NCBI GenBank assembly: GCA_965223865.1 | Contig: OZ245020.1 | Location: 1,184,001-1,248,000 of the forward strand | Direction: 5' to 3' | DNA from: Nitrosarchaeum sp. | GTDB lineage: Archaea > Thermoproteota > Nitrososphaeria > Nitrososphaerales > Nitrosopumilaceae | Length of the DNA stretch: 64,000 bases | Shown: positions 1 through 9,197 of the stretch, in pieces | Layout: every line of letters starts with the position of its first letter | Numbering within the stretch: the stretch's first letter is position 1 | Notes under the pieces: generated by a model | Database searches by the model: none | The model's input: the letters and a program-made list of their open reading frames with translations, nothing else | What the model was told of the DNA's origin: nothing | Made by a program: the position numbers and the translations under genes

Positions 1-721
1 ATCTTTTCTGTGTCCTTACCATGCATATAGGATCATCTTTTCCTACGTATGTTCCTGCAATATTGTGTAATCTGTCAGTTGATGCTGCAAGAATTGGTTC
101 TCCATCTTTGGTAGTAACTGAATCTACAACATATCTTCCAGGATACATCAATGCTGCTTCTAGTGTGGGTTTGTCTTGCCATAACTCAAGCTCTGCGATT
201 TTGGCCTCTTCTACATCCATGATGTTTATTTTAACACCTCCTGCAAGATTCTTGTTTACAATTAATCCTGTGTTACTTAGTGCATCAACAAACATTCTAT
301 ATATTGGATAATTAAATGCCCCTGGTTCAGTCTTGTCTGCTGCAAAAACTGTAAATGCTTCATTTGGTCTTTCTTCAAATTCCATCTCAGCAACTCCAGG
401 TCCCATTCCTTTGACATTTCCTGAAAAAGAATCTTTTAGCAAATCTTGTCCTGCACCATACAAGCCTTCTTCTCTTGCAACTTGGGTTCCTGCCATAAAT
501 GCATCCCAAGCTAATTTGTGAATTTGTTGATTATCTACACCATGAGTGTGAGACATGACAATGTGGACATCATCTCCACAATATCCGATATAATGATCGA
601 TTAGTAAATCTTCAGAATTTTTGATGGTGTTTCTAACTGCTTCAATTAGTCCATCACTTGGTCTTGTATGACCTCCAACTCCACCTACGTCGGCTTTGAT
701 AACAGAAACTGTGATTTTCAT
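1..721 (-). CDS. fbp: Fructose-1,6-bisphosphate aldolase/phosphatase (class V FBPase), 5' part; runs off the left edge
   Basis: Manual translation from ATG at 721: MKITVSVIKADVGGVGGHTRPS..., the typical FBPA/P N-terminus; not in the ORF track because it is truncated. Confidence 0.93.
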   Translation of the reverse strand, partial: MKITVSVIKADVGGVGGHTRPSDGLIEAVRNTIKNSEDLLIDHYIGYCGDDVHIVMSHTHGVDNQQIHKLAWDAFMAGTQVAREEGLYGAGQDLLKDSFSGNVKGMGPGVAEMEFEERPNEAFTVFAADKTEPGAFNYPIYRMFVDALSNTGLIVNKNLAGGVKINIMDVEEAKIAELELWQDKPTLEAALMYPGRYVVDSVTTKDGEPILAASTDRLHNIAGTYVGKDDPICMVRTQKR

Positions 722-851
722 AATATGCGTGTTTTTTTGCAGGGATTTATGTGTAATTCTTAACAACAATTGATCTAAAATTTATTGAAAAAATTGATTT
801 TTTTTAAAAAAATTCATAACAGTAATAAATCCCTTCGAATGCTGACTGTTT

Positions 852-2150
852 ATGGCAGATAAACCACACTTGAACCTGATTGTTACAGGTCATATTGATA
901 ATGGAAAATCAACAACCATGGGTCATTTCTTGATGGATCTCGGTGTTGTAGATGAAAGAACAATTGCAGCACATGCAGCTGAATCCGAGAAGACCGGAAA
1001 AGGTGATACTTTCAAGTATGCATGGGTTATGGATAATATTAAAGATGAAAGAGAGAGAGGCATTACAATCGACCTTGCTTTCCAAAAATTTGAAACTCCA
1101 AAATACTTCTTTACATTAATTGATGCTCCTGGTCACAGAGACTTTATCAAAAACATGATTACTGGTGCTTCTGAAGCAGATGCAGCAATCTTAGTGCTTT
1201 CAGCAAAAGAAGGTGAAACTGATACTGCTATTGCAGCAGGTGGACAGGCGAGAGAGCATGCATTCTTGCTAAAAACATTAGGTGTAAATCAAATAATCGT
1301 TGCAATCAACAAAATGGATGATAGCAACTACTCTGAAGGTGCATTCAAAACAGCAAAAGAAAAAGGTGAAAAATTAGTTAAATCTGTCGGATACAAATTA
1401 GAAAATGTACCATTCATTCCAGTTTCTGGATGGAAAGGTGATAATTTGGTTAAAAAATCAGAGAACATGCCATGGTACACTGGTAAAACATTACTTGAAG
1501 CATTTGATGACTTTACAGTATCTGAAAAACCAATTGGTAAACCACTACGTGTTCCAATTCAAGATGTTTATACAATCACAGGTGTGGGAACCGTACCCGT
1601 AGGTAGAGTAGAAACCGGAACCATGAAACCAGGTGATAAGATAGTTGTTATGCCTTCAGGTGCTCCAGGCGAAATCAAATCAATTGAGACTCACCATACA
1701 GAAATGCCAAAAGCAGAAGCAGGTGATAATATTGGCTTTAACCTAAGAGGCGTTGAAAAGAAAGATATCAAGAGAGGCGATGTATTAGGTTCTCCTGATG
1801 CCCCACCCAAAGTCGCAAAAGAATTCAAAGCCCAAATTATCGTAATTCATCACCCAACAGCAATTGCACCTGGTTACACCCCAGTAATGCACGCACATAC
1901 TGCTCAAGTAGCAGCAACAGTAACTGAATTCCTTCAAAAAATCAATCCTGCAACTGGTGCAGTAGTTGAGGAGAATCCAAAATTCCTTAAGGTTGGTGAC
2001 TCTGCAATTGTTAAGATTAGACCGGTGAGACCAACTTGCATCGAAACTTTCCAGGAATTTCCTGAAATGGGTAGATTTGCACTCAGAGACATGGGTGCAA
2101 CTATTGCAGCAGGGATTGTTAAGGAAATTACCGAAGAATACAAACCATAG
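852..2150 (+). CDS. tuf: Translation elongation factor EF-1 alpha
   Basis: GHIDNGKST, DAPGH and NKMD GTPase motifs; ERERGITID; upstream of uS10. Confidence 0.99.
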   Translation: MADKPHLNLIVTGHIDNGKSTTMGHFLMDLGVVDERTIAAHAAESEKTGKGDTFKYAWVMDNIKDERERGITIDLAFQKFETPKYFFTLIDAPGHRDFIKNMITGASEADAAILVLSAKEGETDTAIAAGGQAREHAFLLKTLGVNQIIVAINKMDDSNYSEGAFKTAKEKGEKLVKSVGYKLENVPFIPVSGWKGDNLVKKSENMPWYTGKTLLEAFDDFTVSEKPIGKPLRVPIQDVYTITGVGTVPVGRVETGTMKPGDKIVVMPSGAPGEIKSIETHHTEMPKAEAGDNIGFNLRGVEKKDIKRGDVLGSPDAPPKVAKEFKAQIIVIHHPTAIAPGYTPVMHAHTAQVAATVTEFLQKINPATGAVVEENPKFLKVGDSAIVKIRPVRPTCIETFQEFPEMGRFALRDMGATIAAGIVKEITEEYKP

Positions 2151-2162
2151 GCTGAGTTATCG

Positions 2163-2471
2163 ATGACTCAAACTGCCCGTGTCAAACTCACTTCGACCAG
2201 TCTTCCAAAATTAGATGGCGTTTGCGGTGAAATCATGGGTATTGGTAAAAAAACTGGCGTCAAAGTTAAAGGCCCGACTCCTCTTCCAGTTAAAAGATTG
2301 CATGTTGCAACTAGAAAATCTCCTTGTGGTAGTGGAACTGAAACCTATGAAAAATGGGAAATGAAAATGCACCGAAGAATAATTAACATTAATGCAGACG
2401 ATAAAGCAATCAGACAATTAATGCGATTAAAAATTCCAGATGATGTCTATATTGAATTATCTTTGACATAA
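2163..2471 (+). CDS. rpsJ: 30S ribosomal protein uS10
   Basis: GPTPLP...RKSPCGSG...WEMKMHRRII signature; follows tuf. Confidence 0.98.
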   Translation: MTQTARVKLTSTSLPKLDGVCGEIMGIGKKTGVKVKGPTPLPVKRLHVATRKSPCGSGTETYEKWEMKMHRRIININADDKAIRQLMRLKIPDDVYIELSLT

Positions 2472-2512
2472 TCTGGTGAGCCTTAAAATAACAGAACTTT
2501 TTGATGATAAAC

Positions 2513-2698
2513 ATGTATGAAGAAACCACTGAAGAAACTCCAACTGAAACATTTGATGTAATTTACTCCTGTTTGAGATGTGGAACCACTGTTTCAAATA
2601 CTGAATTATCTAGACTCCCTGAAATCAAATGTATTTGTGGATTTAGAGTGTTTATCAAAGTTAGACCTCCTATTGTTAAATCCATTAAAGCAGTATAG
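2513..2698 (+). CDS. rpoP: RNA polymerase subunit P (Rpo12)
   Basis: YSCLRCG...IKCICGFRVFIKVRPP zinc ribbon; ATG 2513 lies about 25 nt after TTAAAA. Confidence 0.9.
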   Translation: MYEETTEETPTETFDVIYSCLRCGTTVSNTELSRLPEIKCICGFRVFIKVRPPIVKSIKAV

Positions 2699-2896
2699 TC
2701 ATCGGTCTTTTTTGTAGTTGTGCTCTCTTTGGAGATGTGTTCTCATGTCCTCCATATTTGAGAAAAACTTATTGCATTCTTTACAATCATATTTCAAATC
2801 TTTACCATGTACAATTTGTTGGTGATTCATTAAATCTTCTTGACGTGAGAACTTGTTCTTACAAATTTCACAAATAAATTTTTTAAAAAAACCCAT
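2699..2896 (-). CDS. Tandem C2H2 zinc-finger protein
   Basis: Two CxxC-x3-F-x8-H-x4-H fingers (CEICKNKF...HQQIVH; CKECNKFF...HLQREH). Confidence 0.85.
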   Translation of the reverse strand: MGFFKKFICEICKNKFSRQEDLMNHQQIVHGKDLKYDCKECNKFFSNMEDMRTHLQREHNYKKDR

Positions 2897-3306
2897 TATC
2901 CTAGTTCCGCCTTCTTATTATCCCAACACTCTCTGCAGATCTGGCCTTCAATCTTCCATTTTCCTTTTGGATTATACCTGATTAATCCCATCTTTGCTCC
3001 ACATAATGAACAATAGTTTTTCTTTTTGGCAAACCCCTCTTCTTTTTTATCAAAGCATTCTTTACACAACAATCCTTCCATATCCCATTGCCATCTAGGT
3101 TCCCATAAATCCGTGATCTTCCTTGTGGTGCCACATACAACACACGATTGTCTAACTTTGCCTTCAAAATATTCCTTGGATTTATCAAAATGGCAATTGC
3201 CGCACAATGGACCCTTGATATTCCATTCTCTTTTTGGTTTGTACTTGTGAGTAAGTTTGGTGTTACAAATGGCACAAAACGAAGGCTTTCTGCTAAACAA
3301 TCCCAT
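2896..3306 (-). CDS. Cys-rich protein with three CxxC...W.(I/M).G..CxxC zinc-binding repeats
   Basis: Three internal repeats visible in the translation; stop overlaps the start of the next gene. Confidence 0.8.
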   Translation of the reverse strand: MGLFSRKPSFCAICNTKLTHKYKPKREWNIKGPLCGNCHFDKSKEYFEGKVRQSCVVCGTTRKITDLWEPRWQWDMEGLLCKECFDKKEEGFAKKKNYCSLCGAKMGLIRYNPKGKWKIEGQICRECWDNKKAELG

Positions 3307-3377
3307 TTCTTTAAACCTAATTGATATGACTTTCTATAAATGTAAACAAAATAAAAACAAAAATAACAAAAAAGTGT

Positions 3378-3500
3378 CTATTTGGTTAAGATTTTCTCAA
3401 GAGCTTGGCTTGCATTGAGCATACCGTTTCTCTTGGCAAACTCTTCGATCATTTTGTATTGTTTTTCAGTAAAACAAACTGGCATTGAACGTTTTTCCAT
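3378..3500 (-). CDS. 40-aa ribbon-helix-helix (CopG-like) microprotein
   Basis: Manual translation MEKRSMPVCFTEKQYKMIEEFAKRNGMLNASQALEKILTK; below the ORF-track cutoff; TATA-like sequence about 25 nt upstream. Confidence 0.7.
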   Translation of the reverse strand: MEKRSMPVCFTEKQYKMIEEFAKRNGMLNASQALEKILTK

Positions 3501-3651
3501 ATTTGTAATTTGTTTTGTTATTTAATATCCTTTACGCTTGTAGGATGAAAAATCTTCTTTAAGTATTTGAAAGCATGATATGAAGCAGAAAATTATTGTG
3601 TAGGTATGTTGCTTGGAAAGATATTAGATACCTTTTGTATTATGATTGTTT

Positions 3652-4161
3652 ATGGCCAAAAAACTTCAGATTTTGGTAATTGGGCATAATGACAATGGTT
3701 GCACTCCTGAGCATCAAAGAATTGCATATGAAATTGGATCAGAAATTGCAAAATTTGACTGTGTTCTTTTAACAGGAGGTCTTGGAGGAGTAATGAAAGC
3801 AGCATGTCATGGAGCACATGATGCAAATGGTCTTGTAATTGGGATAATACCTCAAGATGATCCTTCTTTTGCAAATGAATACTGTGACATTGTAATTCCT
3901 AGTGGAATGGGCCTTACCCGAGATTTTCTAAATGCACTATCAGCTGATGGAATAATTATTGTAGGTGGTGGTTCAGGGACGCTTTCAGAGATTTGTGCTG
4001 CATATATGTACAAAAAACCAATGGTGGCAATACGAGGAACTGGTGGGGCAGCAGAAAAATATATTGATGATTATGTTGATCACAGAAAAAATGTAAAAAT
4101 AATTGGAGTAGATTCTCCTCAAGATGCCGTTAAGAAAATTTTAGAAATTGTTACTGCATAG
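3652..4161 (+). CDS. LOG/SLOG family protein (TIGR00725-like)
   Basis: TGGLGGVM and GGGSGTLSE motifs. Confidence 0.88.
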   Translation: MAKKLQILVIGHNDNGCTPEHQRIAYEIGSEIAKFDCVLLTGGLGGVMKAACHGAHDANGLVIGIIPQDDPSFANEYCDIVIPSGMGLTRDFLNALSADGIIIVGGGSGTLSEICAAYMYKKPMVAIRGTGGAAEKYIDDYVDHRKNVKIIGVDSPQDAVKKILEIVTA

Positions 4162-5290
4162 AAACTAGCAATGGATCAGGTTTGTAAAACTCCCCATGCT
4201 TTTCTGCTAACTTGTTTAGCTCATCTACAATATTTTTAATCCCAATCTCTTTTGCTGTCTCAAACATTGGTTTTTTTAATCCTAGTCCTAGATTTGCTGC
4301 TTTTTCTAACTCATCAATATCACTTGCTTTGTTAGTTACAAGCCAAGCTGCATTGTTTAGAATATTTGCGACAAGCTGAATTGGGTTACATTTCTCTGCA
4401 AGCTCTTCAGAAAGTGGTACTCTCTCATATTTATCGTCAGAGTATTTGTAGAATCCTTCTCCTGATTTTTGTCCAAGCTTTTTTTCATCAAACATTTTTT
4501 CAATTGTGGGATGTGGATTTATCACTTTTTTGTCCCTAAGATGCATCTCAACTGTTGCTTTGTGAATTACATCCATTCCAGTAAAATCAGCCAACTCAAA
4601 TATTCCCATTGGAAACCCAAGCTTGAATTTTACTGCTGAATCAATTTCTGTCATACTTACACCTTGTCTATCCATCATGTAACATGCTTCATGTACCATT
4701 GGAATAAATAATCTATTTACAATAAATCCTGGAACATCTCTTCTACACAAAACTGGTTCTTTCTTGACTGATCTTACAAATTCTTGTGTCATATCTGTGA
4801 TTTCTTGTGATGTTTCCCCCCCTGGAATAACTTCGACGAGTTTCATTAGTTGTGGTGGATTGAAAAAGTGAATTCCGATAACTTTCTCTGGTCTTGATGT
4901 TATGTTTGCAATCTCTGTAATTGGTAAAGTGCTTGTGTTTGATGCAAATATTACTTCAGGAGATGCTGCATTGTCTAATTCTGCATAAACTTTTTTCTTT
5001 AAATCCATAATTTCTGGAACTACTTCTATTACTAATTGTGCATCTTTTACAGCTTCATTCAAATCAACACGTGGTGTGATTCTAGAAAAAATTGCATCTC
5101 CTTCATCTTTTGAAATTTTTTCTTTAGACACTAACTTGTCTAAACTCCATCGTATTTTTTCCATTGCTTTATCTAAAAATCCTTGTTCAATGTCTCTTAG
5201 AACTACATTATAGCCTGCAGTTGCAGAAACTTGGGCAATTCCGTGGCCCATTACACCAGAACCCAAAACTGTAATATTTTTTAAATCCAT
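4151..5290 (-). CDS. 3-hydroxyacyl-CoA (3-hydroxybutyryl-CoA) dehydrogenase
   Basis: GSGVMGHG Rossmann motif, ASNTS, HFFNPP, PGFIVNR; fits the 3HP/4HB cycle enzyme. Confidence 0.93.
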   Translation of the reverse strand: MDLKNITVLGSGVMGHGIAQVSATAGYNVVLRDIEQGFLDKAMEKIRWSLDKLVSKEKISKDEGDAIFSRITPRVDLNEAVKDAQLVIEVVPEIMDLKKKVYAELDNAASPEVIFASNTSTLPITEIANITSRPEKVIGIHFFNPPQLMKLVEVIPGGETSQEITDMTQEFVRSVKKEPVLCRRDVPGFIVNRLFIPMVHEACYMMDRQGVSMTEIDSAVKFKLGFPMGIFELADFTGMDVIHKATVEMHLRDKKVINPHPTIEKMFDEKKLGQKSGEGFYKYSDDKYERVPLSEELAEKCNPIQLVANILNNAAWLVTNKASDIDELEKAANLGLGLKKPMFETAKEIGIKNIVDELNKLAEKHGEFYKPDPLLVSMQ

Positions 5291-5401
5291 TAACATTGAA
5301 AATTCCTATATCCTTTATAATGTATTGTAAATTTGTCAAAAGAGATTCTGAGAATTTTTAATTATTGATTATATTTATTTAGTAAAAATAGAAATTAAAT
5401 T

Positions 5402-5650
5402 ATGCAAGCATACATTCTTCTAACCTGTAATACTGGTAGTGAATCTGGTCTGATTGCAGAAATCAAGAAAATCCCTGGGGTTACTGAGATAAATGGAATT
5501 TGGGGTAAGTATGATATTTTTTTGAAAATCTGTACTGATGACATTCACGGAATTGATAAGGTGGTCTCAAAACTTAGAACTCTGAAAGACATTACAAGCA
5601 GCCACACAATGCATGTATTATATGGACAAGGGGGTACTATTGATGAATAG
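5402..5650 (+). CDS. Lrp/AsnC ligand-binding (RAM) domain protein
   Basis: AYILL...G...GKYDI pattern; stand-alone RAM domain. Confidence 0.88.
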   Translation: MQAYILLTCNTGSESGLIAEIKKIPGVTEINGIWGKYDIFLKICTDDIHGIDKVVSKLRTLKDITSSHTMHVLYGQGGTIDE

Positions 5651-5806
5651 TTCTACACATTTTTAATTCAAAAATTATTTGTCTTTAACTTTTGGCAGAT
5701 TTTCCAAGGTTTTTTGTTTCTGCTAAAAGGATTAGTATCCTACTGAGCCTATTTCAGATAAATATTGAAGGAATTCTATTTATTAGATTTCAAATTCATT
5801 TCTATC

Positions 5807-5974
5807 ATGGGTCTTTTCAAGCAAAAAAAAGAAGATTCTCCTCAAACCAAATGTAAGGAATGCGGAACAGAGTTACATGATCCTGAACGTCTCAAACGAC
5901 ATATGAAAAAGGCACATGGAAACATTCCTGAAAAGAAACTAGATCCTAATTCCGGTACAGGTGGAACGTGGTAA
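5807..5974 (+). CDS. Small C2H2 zinc-finger protein
   Basis: CKECG...L..H...AH; probable start MGLFKQ at 5807. Confidence 0.75.
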   Translation: MGLFKQKKEDSPQTKCKECGTELHDPERLKRHMKKAHGNIPEKKLDPNSGTGGTW

Positions 5975-6255
5975 TTTTGGAATTAAGTTATGGTAAAAAA
6001 ATGGGATTAGCTTTTGGGGGTGCTTTTGCGGTAGCTGCTCTAGTCTTATCTACTTTGGTTTTTCCGTTTTGGAATTTAATACGCGAAGATGTCTATGAAG
6101 AAGTAGTAATTTTGACAAATGATAATGGAACATGCTATGTAGAGACAATTGATGATGTTCCTAAAACCATTGAAAATTGTAATCTGAAACCAGGAGACAA
6201 GGCAACTATCAAATTTGGCCAGGGTTTGGCATGGGCTACAATTGTAGAGCCATAA
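5968..6255 (+). CDS. Hypothetical membrane-anchored protein
   Basis: N-terminal hydrophobic helix, small beta domain with two Cys. Confidence 0.7.
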   Translation: MVILELSYGKKMGLAFGGAFAVAALVLSTLVFPFWNLIREDVYEEVVILTNDNGTCYVETIDDVPKTIENCNLKPGDKATIKFGQGLAWATIVEP

Positions 6256-6293
6256 CAGCTGAATTAATATTTTTGAAATTTCCATAAACCATA

Positions 6294-6701
6294 ATGGATT
6301 GTATATTTTGCAAAATAATAAATGGTGAAATTAAAACAAAAACTATCAAAGAAACATCAAAGTCTATTGCCTTTTTAGATGCATTTCCTCTTACAAAAGG
6401 ACATACTTTGGTCATCCCCAAAAATCACCATACAAAAATTCAAGACCTGTCTAGTGAAGAAAATTCTGATTTGTTTTCATTAGTACATCAAGTTATTTCT
6501 AAAGTTGATAGAATGACAGGTGCAACATTAGTTGCTATTCACAATGGCAAGGATGCAGGACAAGAAATACCACATGTACATGTCCATTTAGTTCCACGTG
6601 AATCTTCAGATTCAGCTGGAGCGATTCACAGTATGTTTGGTTCAACACGTACTTTATCCGATTCCGAATTTGATGAAATCTACAAAAAGATTACTGAATA
6701 A
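6294..6701 (+). CDS. HIT family nucleotide hydrolase
   Basis: DCIFC N-terminus and HVHVH histidine triad. Confidence 0.95.
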   Translation: MDCIFCKIINGEIKTKTIKETSKSIAFLDAFPLTKGHTLVIPKNHHTKIQDLSSEENSDLFSLVHQVISKVDRMTGATLVAIHNGKDAGQEIPHVHVHLVPRESSDSAGAIHSMFGSTRTLSDSEFDEIYKKITE

Positions 6702-6702
6702 T

Positions 6703-7389
6703 TCAGTAAGGATATAGTCTTTCTTTAGTTTCTGTATTTTCAACACTAATTGCCTTTGTTGGACATGTTTCAGCTGCATTCATTATTTGATTAACTCCTG
6801 CACCGCTGGAATTAATTACTGATGATTTTGGATTTGATTTTGAATTTTTGTTAATCTGAAAAACATCCGGAGCAATAATTTCACAACTACAGCATCCGAT
6901 ACATAGACTCTTATCAACATCTACAAAAAGATCAGGTTGAATTTCAGACTCTCTTGCCTTTTCATACTCTCCATGTTTGCCGTCTGGACGTACATGTGCA
7001 TTGTATTCTTCCCAAAACTTTCTTTCATATTCTTTCCAAAAGTCTGGATCTCCTTCTTCAAATTCTCGCGTAAATTTATTCCAATCCTGTTCTGGGGTTT
7101 GACTATCTGAAGGAGCTCCCCATTCTGGTTTCCTTTTGAAATGAGTTTTTCTGTTTGTTTTTTTATTGGTATATTTTGGGTCAGGTTCAGAATTTGATAT
7201 ATTTTCCTTGTACTTTTTCTTTAGGATGTTATATGCTTCTGTTACTCTTTTGAATTCTCGACCTTCTTTTTCGTCTGTATTTTTATCAGGATGATATTCT
7301 AATGCCAGTTTTCTATATGCCTCTTTGATCTCCTCAAAGGAAGATCCTGATTTCACGTTCAGAGTTTTGATGGCCTGATAAGTATTCAC
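6703..7389 (-). CDS. DnaJ-ferredoxin fusion protein
   Basis: J domain with HPD; C-terminal CIGCCSC...CP ferredoxin; probable GTG start at 7389. Confidence 0.92.
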   Translation of the reverse strand: MNTYQAIKTLNVKSGSSFEEIKEAYRKLALEYHPDKNTDEKEGREFKRVTEAYNILKKKYKENISNSEPDPKYTNKKTNRKTHFKRKPEWGAPSDSQTPEQDWNKFTREFEEGDPDFWKEYERKFWEEYNAHVRPDGKHGEYEKARESEIQPDLFVDVDKSLCIGCCSCEIIAPDVFQINKNSKSNPKSSVINSSGAGVNQIMNAAETCPTKAISVENTETKERLYPY

Positions 7390-7568
7390 ACTGTTAAAGG
7401 TTCCTAATATTTTAAAAACAATTACATACAATTTGTAGGGTTTTCTGGTTTATTTTGAAATTTCCTCTTCTTTTGCCTTTCATAGATTCTACAATATGAA
7501 ATACTTGACTTTGAAATACCTTAATTCGTTGAATCTGTTCGATTTCAGAGATTTCCTTACTAAGAAAA

Positions 7569-8024
7569 CTATACTATTGTTGTCACTTTTGATCTAAAAT
7601 CTGACTCATACCAAGTGGTCTTGTATTCAGAATTTTTTTTTGGCAATATGTTAATTGCAATATGTGAGAATGTCTTTTTCTTGTTAATAGAGCCATGTGT
7701 ATGAAGAGTATGTACTGGGATATGTACTACATCTCCTTCATTGAGGTTAATTTTTTCAATTCGTTTAATCTTGAAATTTGTCTTTTTTGTGCCGAATTTT
7801 TTAAAAATTTCTAAACTTCCTTTTCCTTTTGTAGCAATTAACACTTGGTTTCCATTATGTTCATGGACCTTTGTTTTTGCACCATTATCAAAGTAAACGT
7901 GATAAATTCCTTGATCTTGTGATTTTATTTTAGATGATATGTCTTTCATATGGACTCTTTCTGTAAACCACCCTGGATTGATCTTTCTTCTATCTCCTGC
8001 TGAGTAAATGTTGGATTTTTTCAT
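7569..8024 (-). CDS. Cupin domain protein
   Basis: HEH...Q and GDVVHIP...H.HG cupin motifs. Confidence 0.88.
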   Translation of the reverse strand: MKKSNIYSAGDRRKINPGWFTERVHMKDISSKIKSQDQGIYHVYFDNGAKTKVHEHNGNQVLIATKGKGSLEIFKKFGTKKTNFKIKRIEKINLNEGDVVHIPVHTLHTHGSINKKKTFSHIAINILPKKNSEYKTTWYESDFRSKVTTIV

Positions 8025-8025
8025 C

Positions 8026-8391
8026 TCAAATCCTTTCTAAAATCTTCTTTTTCTTCTCTTGAAATTCTTTTTCAGTTAAGACTCCTGCCTTTCTTAATTT
8101 TCCAAGTTTTTCTAATGTGGCTAAATCTTCTTCGGTTTTACTACTAGCTTGTTTGGCAGCTGCAATACCCTCGTTGATTTTTTTGATTCCTTTTGATTTT
8201 ATCTCTTCTTTTTCTTTTGTTGCTCTTTTTCTGAGCTCATCACTTGTCTTTTTTGCTTGAGTCGCTGCCATTTCTCCAAATTCTACTGCGTCTTCTAGGG
8301 CTTCATCAGCTCTTTTGATTCCTTCTTCTATTGCTTTGTCAGCTTTTTTGAGAAATCTTTCAATGTATCGTGCTTTCTTTTTTGCAGCCAT
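8026..8391 (-). CDS. Coiled-coil protein with C-terminal SHOCT domain
   Basis: LEKLGKLRKAGVLTEKEFQEKKKKIL SHOCT motif. Confidence 0.8.
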   Translation of the reverse strand: MAAKKKARYIERFLKKADKAIEEGIKRADEALEDAVEFGEMAATQAKKTSDELRKRATKEKEEIKSKGIKKINEGIAAAKQASSKTEEDLATLEKLGKLRKAGVLTEKEFQEKKKKILERI

Positions 8392-8486
8392 GTTTTTTGA
8401 GACCATTCAAATGTATTATATTTTTCCGAATCGAATTTTTTCTACAATTGATTTAATAGCCACGGTGTAATATTTTTGATCGAATT

Positions 8487-9194
8487 TTGGCTCAAAAAAA
8501 ATATGAAATAAAGACAATAGTATTAAAAAAGACCATTGATGAGCAAGATGCTTTAACAATAATAGAAGAAAAAAAGACCGGTTTATTCAAAAAATTGTTA
8601 AAAAAACCAAAACGAGAACAGGTTCATGTTCATTCTCTCAAGCTTTACTATGAATGCATATTGATGGTTTCAGGAAAGTACATTGCAGATTACTATAGAA
8701 AGGCAACTCATACAATTTCTGTTGATTCCAATGTAAAGGAAGTTGTTTTTGGAGATGGAGTTTTTCCAATACGTTCCAAATCCTCTTTTGAAAAGACCTT
8801 TGTCGGAAAACGCGGAAAAAACAAGATTGATTTACAATTAGAAGAACATGTATTCATAGAGGAAGAAGATGAGATGGTCTTTGATCATCATGGTAGAGAA
8901 ATAAAATTTCCATTTAAAATTACTTCAAAAACAATAGAAAATTATCCGAAAAGAATATTGGAAAAAAATCCAACAAATGTAAAAAAATCAGAAATAACGT
9001 ACGACGCTGCTCTTGAAAAACTAAAAGAAATTCTTAAAAAACCACTTGAGCCTGAAGTTCGTGATCTTAATGATGAATTTGTTTTGCGTGAGATATCTGA
9101 GGTTTATGTTCCGATATTTGAAGCAAGACTAATAGGTCCTAACAAAAAGATAGGACTCTTAAGAATTGATTCAGTACGAAATAAAGTCCTTTGA
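8487..9194 (+). CDS. Hypothetical protein
   Basis: 235-aa ORF with normal composition; no motif recognised. Confidence 0.75.
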   Translation: MAQKKYEIKTIVLKKTIDEQDALTIIEEKKTGLFKKLLKKPKREQVHVHSLKLYYECILMVSGKYIADYYRKATHTISVDSNVKEVVFGDGVFPIRSKSSFEKTFVGKRGKNKIDLQLEEHVFIEEEDEMVFDHHGREIKFPFKITSKTIENYPKRILEKNPTNVKKSEITYDAALEKLKEILKKPLEPEVRDLNDEFVLREISEVYVPIFEARLIGPNKKIGLLRIDSVRNKVL

Positions 9195-9197
9195 AAT

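Noticed and set aside
21-521. Plus-strand ORFs 21-311 and 333-521
   Set aside because: Antisense to the fbp gene
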